The notes beneath the pieces were generated by a model that worked only from the letters and a program-made list of their open reading frames with translations, was not told the DNA's origin and did not search any database. A stretch of DNA of 64,000 bases, taken from contig CM082577.2 of assembly GCA_040954595.2 (NCBI GenBank), positions 3,844,305 through 3,908,304 of the forward strand, read 5' to 3'. This document shows, in pieces, positions 45,401 through 55,494 of the stretch. Every line of letters starts with the position of its first letter. Position 1 is the stretch's first letter. The stretch is from Balanoglossus misakiensis. Its lineage: Eukaryota > Animalia > Hemichordata. Both the position numbers and the translations under genes were made by a program.

Positions 45401-48400
45401 TTGCCCGCAGGGAATTTGGTCTAAGTAGACTTAGCTTACAAATACTGGGCGCGCACCTGTCCGTTCTATTTGTGACAAGTCAATAAAAATAACATACACA
45501 CTGCAGAGCCAGTGTAAGTGGATTTGAAAGTGCTTTCTGTGTGGGTCAGTTTGTGTGAGCCATTTGAACTTACAAAACGATAACGACGACGACAAAGACG
45601 ATGATGATGATGATGATGATGATGACCACGACAACGATGATGATGAGGCGGATGACGACGAGGACATGTTCACATCTATTTGTCGCTCTGCCATTTTGTG
45701 TCCAGATGTCCATGTCAAGAAACAAACATTATTCAAACAGTTTGACCAGTTTCTTTCAATTTTGAACTGATACATGTACAGAGACAGTGCACAATCGCTA
45801 AACTGCAACAAAACGATCATTGCTGTGAATTTAACATGACCTTATTGGCCCCAGTGGAAAATTAGCAGAGCTCGTACGGAAAAATAGTTTGCATCGCTTC
45901 ATTACAGATTCAACTCACAACCTAGCTGGTGTTGTGGATTTTTTTCTTTTCTCTCCCATTTTATTTCACCGATCATCACCATGTAATTTCAAATGTTCAT
46001 AACTGGAAAGCTACATAGATCGTAAAAACGCTGGCTGGGGCATGCGACATATGCGATAACAGACACGATGCGACTTGAGCATGCGCACTCGAACTTTGTC
46101 AGAGGTGAAACTATTTTATAAGCGATCCCAGATATTTTATTGTTTATTTTCCCGTGGGCGAAATGTGTAATCGGGTCGAGGATACCTGTCAAAGCGTTTG
46201 CAAGAAAGATGATTACATTTAGCGTTCACAGTGGGCTGGAAATGGATTTGACTGCAGCTTCGGGTGTTATCATTATATGTGTATTGTGCGCGCCGTCTAA
46301 TTTCACCTGTTCTTGTGTTCTAGTTTCACAGTTCTACCTAACCATGTCCAAGTCGTTCACTCGATGATATCACGGTACACCCTCAGTGTGCAGTAAACTA
46401 CACCGTGCACAAATCAACGCTGAAATGTGAAGCCAATATTATCATCTGGCTACTTCTCGTCAGTGTTATACAATATCCAGGAATTCGTCATTATTTTGGA
46501 TTGATCTGACTCCAAATTTATCGCTTGCACATTCCTCTCGTGCATTGGGGTTGTCCGAGTAATTATAAGCATTCCGTCGGCAAATTTCAAGGATTTTGAT
46601 GGTCATCGTTTTGGAGATGCTTAACACGAAAGACACTACTTGTATTTATATTGCATCCGGTGATGACTATAGAAAATGTACATTGTGTCTGTGAAGCTTG
46701 AACCTCTCATGATTTTGTTCACTGTAGGTTGGAAACATATGTTCAACAATATGCTGAGTAGGATATTTTAAGATGGCCGTTTCGCGTTCTCTACAATTGA
46801 TAAATATAGACAATCCCGGGAGAAAACCTTGTACTGCATGTCATAAATTTAATCACCAAAACGCAAAACATAGATTGATCGAGAAAGTGGTTTCACATAT
46901 TAATGATGTTCACATATAGCTTTTCAGAGTTTTACCGAGGGCTCGGCAATTCCAAACATAACCAACAAAATCTGTATCTTTCAAAAAAGGGATAGAATGG
47001 ACCTTGAATTCATTCTGTATTTTATTGAATGCAAACTGACCTCAGTCAATGAATCCAACAGGTCAACGTCTAGTCCATGTTTGTTTTTTTATTCATTATT
47101 ACTTATGTTCTCTATTAAAATGTATAATGCTGACGATAGCACTTGGCAAAACCGTCGAAAAATAGGTCGGTGAGCTTCTCTTGGAGAAGAAGAAATCATA
47201 CTTGGTGCGGTGGGATTGAAAGCTTAGCATCCTTGCGGTATGTCACAAGCGATGACTACCAATTAGTGTAAATTTTCTGTGGCTACACACATGCCGAAAA
47301 ACAACTAAACACGTACTAGGCGCACTTATGTGAGTTGGATTAAATTTCAGATAAGTGTGTTAATCGTGTCGAAGTGGTCGCCAACATGCAGTTTCTCCCG
47401 CCAGACAGCCTGCGTGCCGGATTGATTACAGCGAATGTAAATTGACTCTTGTCGTCGACGTCACTGTAATTTGAACAGTTTAGTCTGATATGATCGCATA
47501 ATTGCAGTCATATTTTACTAGTAATTTCAGTCATTTTGCATACTCGTGTCCTGGACGATAATAACAGGCTAAAGCTGAGCACGAGGTGTGCTACGCATGC
47601 GCGAAATGTCATAAAACAAGGCACCTGTGTAAAACAAAATGTCAGCCTACACCTAATGCTTTAACGACGTATGTCGTATCGTACAATATATTTCTGTATT
47701 GGTACAGTATGCAGAGTCACAAATACTGCGTACACGTCTGTATCCCTTGTATAGACAGACTGACGCGTTCTACCTTTACTCAACGTCCATTAACATGACA
47801 ACTAAGCTACACTGCACTTGACCAAACACACTATGTTTCTGTCAGGACACAAGGCTGCCTGGTCTCAGTATCCTCATAATTTCAATGTTTGCCTGGTCTC
47901 GGTGGACAAACAACCAAATACACACGCAAACTGTCTATGCAAATAGCACACACGGTAAATGCATCGCCAGGAGATGTACCGTGCGGTCAAAAGGGAAATT
48001 TTTCTCTAACATTTGGCCATGTAACTGAACGTATCAACAGTTCAGTACAGCTGTTATGTCGTCGTTCCTAAACTATGGATCCAGCTGCCGGACAATCCTC
48101 CCGAGCACAATTTTTGTATTGGGTTCATTTTTTATTAAGTGCGCTGGGTGTAATATTGCGACGTTTAAACATTGCTCAAGCGCGTCACTGACGCCATCCT
48201 TTGAATTCAAAGACCAAAGATCAGGACTTGCTGCGATGTATTAGTTGATATGACGACCATCTGATATCAAACATATTTATATTTGAAGACAACAATACAA
48301 TCAAATCTCTGTCCTCTCGATTACGTCATTGTCACCATCTACGTCGTCGTCATCGTCACCCTTGTCAGAATCATCATTATACGTTGTATTTACGTTTGAA

Positions 48401-51400
48401 AACAACGTTCATGAAAACTTCATTAGTTTTCCATTCCGCCCAAGCTCGACTTAAAGGAGAAAAACGTGACAGAAGTTCGTAGATTTTCAATTTGCTAAAT
48501 ATCCCACCGGTGTAATTATTAAGTTAAACGTAACCAAAGGGAAATATATCAATCTAAACGGCAGATGTGCATTTTTCTAAAAACCTCTAAATTACAGTTC
48601 ACGTAATAATCGATTATCATTTTTTTCATCCCCAGGGAATATTATTATCGCTGCTGCATAGGCCTCTGCGTCGATCTTCTCCTGCAGCTGAGCATGGACC
48701 TAGGTTTTAAGTACGAGCTCTACATAGTAGAAGACAGCAAATTTGGGGCGTATGAAAACGGCTCGTGGAACGGCATGGTGGGTGACATTCTGCGCGGGAA
48801 AGCAGATGGCGCCATAGCGACCATGCTGGACACTGCCGAGCGGTCCGCTGTGATTGACACCTCGGTGTCGTACATGAAGTCCGGCATCAGCGTGATGGTG
48901 AAAAAGGTTGAGGGCGCTGTTCCCTCGGATGCATTTCTGGGTAAGTACAGAGCCATTTCAAGTATATTTAATTTATACCCTGCTTCGGAACAGAACACAC
49001 TCTGAATCTATGTCAATAGAATCACACTCGTACTTATTACCATAAACATAAATAACTTTCCTGAAATAGACCGTAATACACAAAAATAGACCAGATCCAA
49101 ACAAACATTCATGTAGACTGGTACTCGTACTCTTAATATTGTAGTATATTTTGTGTTCATACAATAAACGGTGTGTAAATGTAAATATTTTCAGCTCCCT
49201 TTGACTACACCGTATGGCTGCTTTTGACAGTCGGCATTGTCCAGGCTGTTGCCGTGGCAGTGTTTGCGTTCGAGTGTCTGAGTCCCGGAGGATATGGCCG
49301 CTCTCTCAAGGGACCCAGAAGTGAGTATTGTATTTCTCTGTATCCCATGAAGAGTAGGAGACGAGATTTAGCTGTCACACGATTTTAATCCCCTAGGGTG
49401 TTGGTTGACGCCGATTTGAAATTTTACAAGTGAAAGCAAAGTCATATTTGATGTGGGGTGTTTTTATCCCGTGGATATCGGTTACACGTACAGCAAGATA
49501 ACTCTGTGAAATCAAAGCCCTGCAGAATTCTAATGGCATGCTTTATTTCGATATAATCTCTGTGTTGTAGGCCACAGTAAAAGATATCTTGCGATAAAAG
49601 TCGAAAAAGATAGGGATTCTCTTTGACGCGGAAGCCGCAAGCATCTGAACTGTGGTTTGCACTATCGCGTATTTTTCGACGTTACATTAAAGTGCATGCT
49701 CAAAGGTCATGCACATATTTTTATTCTATATTGACCGGGTATTTTTTTTTAAATTAAGGAACTTTAATTAAGATGTTTACTGCCTGAAGTAGAGACTATT
49801 GAGTTCCCAAACTGGTGTGTTTTCGGTAAACCTGATACACCAGTTTTCCTGAAATTGCGATGTTGAACATTGTATTTTGCCCAGGTTTCAAATCGACTAT
49901 GTAACCATGCACGACTTTCTCTCCAATTTCAGCGACGAAGTTCACCCTCGGGAGTTCACTGTGGATCGTGTGGGCTCTTCTCTTCAACAACACCGTCCCG
50001 CTGAAACCCCCGCGGAGCTACACCGCCAAATTTATGACCAACATGTGGGGTTGTTTCTCCCTGATATTCATCGCCATGTACACCGCAAATCTCGTCGCCC
50101 ACATGATCAGAGAGGCACCAGACGACATGGTGGACGGGTTTCTTGATCCTAAGGTGGGGGCAATACTGTCATTCTCCACGCAGAGACTGGCGTGTAAAAT
50201 TTTAACCTAGCTAGAGGGTATGCACAAGTCTGCTATCATAGTAGAGTATCGATCAGACCCCTTTACTAGTTTAAAAGTGTCCATACTAGTCTCTGTGTGG
50301 AGAATGCAAAAGTTGTATGCGATGTAAAATTTCCATCATTTGCAGTTCGAGATGCCAAGTGGTATTGACGCAGAAATGTCACTAGATACACAACTCGTTA
50401 TTTTACACAGCATACTTGAGGGCTTATACTCATTCGCGTTTCTGTAGATATCGAATTCAAACAGACCATTAAAAGGACAGGCACTGATGTGACCTGATGC
50501 TCGTGTAGAAGATTTAATGAATACGCCGAGATTATTTTACTGTAACCTTAGAGTGCGAAAAGACACGTCGGCCAATAAGGGGGTGAATTTGAACCAATTA
50601 ACTGGAGAGGTAATTTGTGGCCAGCTCGGCCGCAAAACCACCCAGCACGAGTATATTCTCTAGCCGTCGGTCTCTCTAACGCCACGTGTTTCAGGAAAGG
50701 CGGTATCTTTAGAGCTATTTGAACACTTTTTTAGTGGGCAGGATTATCTACACTTAGCCTATTGGTATACATGTACAGTGAGCAGGTTTCCTTGACCTCG
50801 TTGTTTCCCCTTTCCTGATCACAATCATTCTCATTTATGGTGATTGATCATCATATTCAGTAAACCCCCAAAGAATGCTAACAGCTAGTGCGCGTCAAAA
50901 ACAGTCACCTGCGACGGCGCGGTTCGGCGTGTCTTGGCCGAGCTCACGCAAACTTGGAATCAGCGTCATCCGCTGGGAATATTGCAAAATACGCGAATGT
51001 GCGCGCGATGATTGTAAACTATCACCTAATAAATGGATATGTCGGTAAGGTAAAATACTTTCTTGGCGAAAATGACAGCCATGTGATTAAAATGCCCCAT
51101 CGTTTCACACCACAGGTTTTCATGGCACATCACAGTACATACACTGCAACATGGTATCCACGACCTATAATCGCTTTTTTGTTTCGCTATCACAGCTCCA
51201 GAGACCAAAACATTACAGCCACCCTTTGAAATTTGGAACTATCAAATCGACCAGCGTGGAGCAGTATATTTCAACGGTCAACCAAGAGATGCAGGAACAC
51301 ATGGAGCCGTACAACATGGCTCTTGCAGAACAATCAGTGGACGCTCTTAAGAATGGGTAAGGCCAGAACGTTCTCATAATTAGGAGTAATTTACAATCCA

Positions 51401-53087
51401 TGGTTCTTCCATTAGGTCTTCTTGACATTGCCTGTTTGTGTGGAGGACGTTGTTTCCATTGAAAAATTGATCAAGTTAATTGGTTTGCTTGTAGATAAAG
51501 CTGATAAAAAAGGGGCGTTTGTAAGTTAGTTCAAATCAAGTATCGCAAATTTACATGCACTCAGCAAGCAATAATGGCAACTTGGCTGGTACACCATCTT
51601 CGCTCTTTGCATAACACACTCTGTTTCTTCTGCCAGGATAATCGATGCATTTCTGTACGACGAAGCAGCACTCAGAGATTTGGCGGCAAAGGACCAGGAC
51701 TGTAGGCTCCACGTTGTCGGCAAAACGGTTGGAGAGACAGGTTTCACTGTCGCACTGACCAAAGGATCACACTGGACGCACAAAATCAATGAGATGATTA
51801 TCCAGTACACAGATAATGGTAAAAAAACTTCCGATTCGGTTCCTAGTTTTCAAAGATCAGATGGTATCGATCGTCTGTAGGAAACGATACACAACATGTC
51901 AGATCGGGAGATCAGATAAGCTGGCCCTTTAAAAAAAACCTGGAGTCTTATCGCCTTAATCTGTGATAAATATCCCTACTTGTAATGCTATCCCAATTCT
52001 GTGTGATCAAAGTGCTCATTCAGTTTCCTACTTGCCTTGACATAAACATTGGTCTTCGCAAGGAACAATTCACTCACAAACTTATTTTCCGTGCAGGTTT
52101 TATTCAGACACTAGTGGACAAATGGTTGACCAGCATGTGTGACGGCAAGGGTGATAACACACGCAAACCCCTGGGCATCGAACATTCATCCGGGGTCTTT
52201 TATTTACTTCTCGGCGGAACTGCTGCCAGCATACTCATTTTCTTTGGCGAACACCTGTTTTTCAAGTTTGTAAAGAATTACTTTAGGAAGAAATTTGCCA
52301 AAAAGGAACTTGTTGCTGTTGTTGCTGAAGTAAGTATTGACTATTGTTTTCAAAGAGTGGTATTCCAGGGCTACAGCTCATTCATTTGCATGTGATGAGA
52401 ATTAATTAGCTGGTATTATTTGAAATACGTGGAGTAAAAAAGGTACTGATGGACATTTTGTTCTCAGGCGATGGCACACAGCATCTACACTCCAGCCAGA
52501 AAATCCAGCCAGTGTCCATGCAACAATTGGGCGTGTCGACAAGTCAGCCAAGAACTCGACGCGGCTCTCGATCGACTGGGTGAACTGGAAAACATGCTGT
52601 GGACGTCGTAAGTGTATAAAGTAAACTACACACCGCGTGTAAATTTGCTAACCCAACATTTCGGTACATACGACAATTTGTGCAAGTGGTGCACAGCATA
52701 GAGAATCGTTTGAAAACACAATACCGTCTTCTGCTCTCGTGTCTCTGAAATGTCTCATGCAAGATATGATTGAAAACTAAGAATGAAAAGTTGCAACCCT
52801 GACTTTGACATATGTTCCTTTGATTTTCTTGCAGGAAGAACGGAAACGCAGTGACAAATCTGCCACGCAAGAGAATCAGGACGTCCAGGCAATCAAACCA
52901 CTGGCTCCCGTTGCCACAAAACGACACAGAACAACACGACATAGATTGCAACCTTTCGACGGACTCGGACTCGCAGACGACAGAGAGAAACTTTGTGCCC
53001 AGTTACGACAATTTAGACACCTTAGATAATTTGGATAATTTAGACAATCTAGAAAAATTATATGACATTGTGGAAAGCTCCGTTTGA
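27001..53087 (+). CDS. GRIN2: NMDA-type ionotropic glutamate receptor subunit, GluN2-class (complete gene 1); join(27001..27492,36640..37383,40533..40735,48636..48940,49195..49320,49933..50153,51196..51356,51637..51818,52097..52329,52468..52607,52835..53087), 1019 aa
   Basis: All 10 introns are GT-AG with compatible phases (0,0,2,1,1,0,2,1,0,2) and the joined frame is open (3060 nt including TGA). Domain order is signal peptide-ATD-S1-M1-M2-M3-S2-M4-CTD. GluN2 hallmarks: LGASIVDQCKAML..YGWHHF, CCIGLCVDLL, WNGMVGD, AFLAPFD, WALLFNNTVP, YTANL, DAFLYD, EHLFF, C-terminal ESSV. GRIN2 is a class-level label, not a vertebrate A-D orthology call. Confidence 0.92.
29746..29848. repeat. Compound (GT)n/(TATG)n microsatellite
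   Basis: Visible run in intron 1. Confidence 0.85.
31354..31530. repeat. (CT)/(CTGT) pyrimidine-rich compound repeat with an internal 28-bp duplication
   Basis: ctctgtcacactgtctgactctgtctgt occurs twice inside a CT-rich tract. Confidence 0.85.
33319..33381. repeat. 31-bp tandem duplication (2 diverged copies)
   Basis: ccagtgttaatcaaaacccgcacgctctcca / ccagtgttgattaaaaaccgcatactctcca. Confidence 0.75.
34816..34852. repeat. 19-bp-period tandem duplication
   Basis: gtctgttcaacctgacct(a) x2. Confidence 0.8.
36640..37383 (+). CDS. GRIN2: GluN2-like gene 1, exon 2 (ATD)
   Basis: Acceptor gtttttcag|GAC; DTSSSHLHLGASIVDQCKAMLSFLKYYGWHHFIIVTT matches GluN2 [52 protein letters not shown] and GYVWI motifs; donor CAG|gttagt. 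Confidence 0.93.
40533..40735 (+). CDS. GRIN2: GluN2-like gene 1, exon 3 (ATD-S1 linker, start of S1)
   Basis: Acceptor cctccaccgcag|GTA; VGTWLNRELVLNDVTW...HLTFTTIREGSY...ECTAGARC; phase-2 donor GG|gttggt is required to join exon 4 in frame. Confidence 0.87.
43357..43459. mobile_element. Short foldback MITE with 9-bp target-site duplication
   Basis: Termini TAGT...ACTA; ~40-bp imperfect arms (tagtctcgaatccagactaatgaggtgttttccacta vs reverse complement tagtttataatccaagctcatgtgtttttccgcta); flanks gaaaatgag / caaaatgag (8 of 9 identical). Confidence 0.65.
45576..45666. repeat. (GAT/GAC)n trinucleotide microsatellite
   Basis: Visible run in intron 3; produces the spurious poly-Asp and poly-Ser ORFs. 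Confidence 0.9.
48636..48940 (+). CDS. GRIN2: GluN2-like gene 1, exon 4 (S1 ligand-binding segment)
   Basis: Acceptor ttttttcatccccag; EYYYRCCIGLCVDLLLQLSMDLGFKYELYIVEDSKFG...WNGMVGD...TAERSAVID...GISVMV...SDAFL; donor G|gtaagt. Confidence 0.95.
49195..49320 (+). CDS. GRIN2: GluN2-like gene 1, exon 5 (pre-M1, M1); absent from the ORF track
   Basis: Acceptor atattttcag; (A)PFDYTVWLLLTVGIVQAVAVAVFAFECLSPGGYGRSLKGPR matches GluN2 PFSASVW...VFVFEYFSPVGY; donor A|gtgagt. Confidence 0.94.
49933..50153 (+). CDS. GRIN2: GluN2-like gene 1, exon 6 (M2 pore loop, M3)
   Basis: Acceptor ctccaatttcag; KFTLGSSLWIVWALLFNNTVPLKPPRSYTAKFMTNMWGCFSLIFIAMYTANLVAHMIRE...DPK; donor AAG|gtgggg. Confidence 0.95.
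50170..50306. repeat. ~137-bp imperfect inverted repeat (hairpin) at the start of intron 6
   Basis: cattctccacgcagagactggcgtgtaaaattttaacctagctagagggt matches the reverse complement of the right arm, cattctccacacagagactagtatggacacttttaaactagtaaaggggt; inner tctgcta/tagtaga stem. Confidence 0.8.
51196..51356 (+). CDS. GRIN2: GluN2-like gene 1, exon 7 (S2, first part)
   Basis: Acceptor gtttcgctatcacag; LQRPKHYSHPLKFGTIKSTSVEQYI...ALKNG, compare GluN2A [25 protein letters not shown]...SLKTG; donor GG|gtaagg. Confidence 0.94.
51637..51818 (+). CDS. GRIN2: GluN2-like gene 1, exon 8 (S2, second part)
   Basis: Acceptor gtttcttctgccag; IIDAFLYDEAALRDLAAKDQDCRLHVVG...TGFTVALTKGSHW...QYTDN; donor G|gtaaaa. 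Confidence 0.94.
52097..52329 (+). CDS. GRIN2: GluN2-like gene 1, exon 9 (end of S2, M4, proximal CTD)
   Basis: Acceptor ttttccgtgcag; FIQTLVDKWLTSMC...LGIEHSSGVFYLLLGGTAASILIFFGEHLFFK; donor GAA|gtaagt. Confidence 0.94.
52468..52607 (+). CDS. GRIN2: GluN2-like gene 1, exon 10 (CTD; Cys cluster + short amphipathic helix); absent from the ORF track
   Basis: Acceptor ttttgttctcag; AMAHSIYTPARKSSQCPCNNWACRQVSQELDAALDRLGELENMLWTS; donor TC|gtaagt (phase 2) joins exon 11 in the frame that ends ESSV. Confidence 0.85.
52835..53087 (+). CDS. GRIN2: GluN2-like gene 1, terminal exon 11 (distal CTD, PDZ ligand ESSV)
   Basis: Acceptor tgattttcttgcag; frame ends LEKLYDIVESSV-TGA, a class I PDZ motif like GluN2A/B ESDV. 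Confidence 0.87.
53007..53060 (+). repeat. Coding 9-nt tandem repeat (6 units) in the C-terminal tail of gene 1
   Basis: gacaattta gacacctta gataatttg gataattta gacaatcta gaaaaatta = DNL DTL DNL DNL DNL EKL. Confidence 0.85.
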
Positions 53088-55494
53088 CAATGCTCTGAGG
53101 GGACCAGGAATAATTCTGAACCCTGTTAGACAAGAGATTGAGAATTTATTTTTGTAAGTAATATGCAAATTAGATGTCTTAACACATCTTCCTTGAGGCA
53201 AGACAGTGCTGATGCATATGCCAGTAATTCGTTTGTATACATATTGTACTATATCACACTTAAGTAAGGAAACTTCTGAACGACCAAGTTGATTTGGACA
53301 ATATGGTTTTGGATGTCGCCCATTATTTACTATCAATACGTTGCCCATTATGGTTCAGTAGGAGTTATTTGCTACATTTGGTAAACTTCTTATATAAAGA
53401 AGATTATTACAAGTCTATTAACTCTAAGGATCGTTGAAAGCGAGTAACGTAGACGTTTCAGTTTATAACACCAACAGCTCTTTTTAAAAGATCATTCAGC
53501 TGTCATTTCAGTCATCGGAAATACATTGCCAAATGTCATTTTTCATCAAATCAGTGTGGCTACTTTTCAGTAACAGGTATATACGAATTACCGTGCGGTA
53601 GAATTGGCCGATCATTCTCATCACATTGCTTACGTCATAAAAACCACAAGCTGTGCAAAGGCGTATCTCCACTGTCGGTCGCTCTGAATGAAGCGATTGG
53701 CAAAAGGATTGTTCCCCAGTCTCTTCTCGAGAATGTGCCATTTAAAAATGCAATAAGTCTATTTCTCACATAAAAACATACTTTCTCTTGAAGTTTACTA
53801 GTATTATTGTACCATCTAAAATCCTATATGCCTTTTACGCAGTGTAGTTATAAACTCTGCTTTCCATTGCAAGGTTAATTCAATGAAACAAATTGTAGAT
53901 TTGGTCGAGACAATACCACAAAGTGCGTCACTTTCCTTGTTGAGGGAACATCCAGTGTTCTCGAAAACGACAGACAACTAAGCTCTTCCCAGTGCCCCCA
54001 TTTTCTAAGTCAAGCTACTATACGTCACAGTTTCACTTTTAAAATGCCATATATCCTAATATCTGCTTCGATACATGTAGCTACCCATGAAGAACAGTGA
54101 TATTGTTTCCCAGAGGCGGTCTTTCTCATGTCTGCACGTGCGCATAATTCTGTAAAGACTCAGGGAGGAAGCATCAGTTCAAACAATAATCAGTATTACT
54201 TTGTAGACTTAGACAGAGTTAGCCAACTCGCACTTGGCATAGTTCTAGATAAATATGATTTGTTATTCTGCTCGCTGAAACGTCAGATGTTACGAGTTTG
54301 TTAAACAAAGATAAAAGGTCGCCATCTGGTACAAACTACCTTGCTTACGGCACAAATGCACCCTTAAATGTGCTTCTCTCAGTACATGTGACCTATGATG
54401 TTAAATTCCGACAGAGATGCCTTTCTGATCACATCACAAACTTAGCCTGCATTACTCCTGTCTGTCTCAAAGTGTATTAGGGATACACCATCTCCCACCT
54501 GGACATTACGAAATGCCATGTATACAAGGTCTGCAAGGTTAAGTATACTAAAAAACCACCGCCCTACAATTGCGCTTCCCCGGAGAACTACATGTCTCAT
54601 AATATCTCGCCCGCATCATGGTTCAGATGATCCAGTCTCAGACTTTAAAGGAAAATTCCCTTTGATGCATTACTGCCGATTAATAAATAATGGCCGTCAG
54701 AGGAGGGACCTTCACCTCTGCCGTTTTTTTTCGGAATTGCATCAGTCGATCACTGGAACTCACAAAGCAGTCCTTGGACTATTCCAGTTGTGTAAGAATA
54801 ATTGCTCCCTCGAGTGAACTGCTTGTGTGTCAAAAGTCGTTTATATTACATTGACTCGACTGCTTCGCGCGCTCTTCTTTGTTCTAAAGGATCACAACCG
54901 ACGCCAAACGTCAAAGTCTTGTATTGACCTTGTTCATTTCTTAAGGGTGGTTGAAGAATTGCGTGCATTGAAGCGCTTCAACTACTCAAACAGTATATAC
55001 CAAAATGCATCTGTTCTGATCCCTTGAAGAATAACATTTTACGTATTCATTACAGATGCCAATTAGACTTACAGATCTACGTTTCATCCTCTGTGGGAAG
55101 CCAATCCTGTGAAATATTATTGTCTTGCCAAATTTTATGTATAATAATACAGAACGTGTCAAGAATTGTCAGAAGAATCTTCTTATGTTCTAATTTGATG
55201 TCAAACCAACTTACGGAGATTTTCTGAAGGCTTCAAAGATGTACTGTTTTCTGACGGTGTTCTTACATCCACATTTTCATTGTTGTTTTTTTGGTTTCAT
55301 TTTTTGCACATTTACAACTTATTATCAGAAGTCGAAAACGTATATCGCAATTTTTTAGTCTATATACCGAAAGTGACGATGAATCTCTTGCCAAACAATT
55401 TAAGACGCGCTATTTTTGCAGTAAGCATATGTCACATAAACACGCAACCACATTTAAGCATTTTATCTCCTACAGAAATAAACTAATAATTAGA

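Noticed and set aside
45431-45820. Poly-Ser (minus) and poly-Asp (plus) ORFs
   Set aside because: Products of the (GAT/GAC)n microsatellite. Exons 3 and 4 join in frame without an insertion, at a conserved GRIN2 junction.
47204-47225. ggtgggattgaa resembling a reversed tRNA/SINE B-box
   Set aside because: No A-box or cloverleaf nearby.
49986-49991. Q/R-type editing site in the pore
   Set aside because: Codons are AAC AAC (Asn-Asn), and I found no intronic sequence complementary to the exon.
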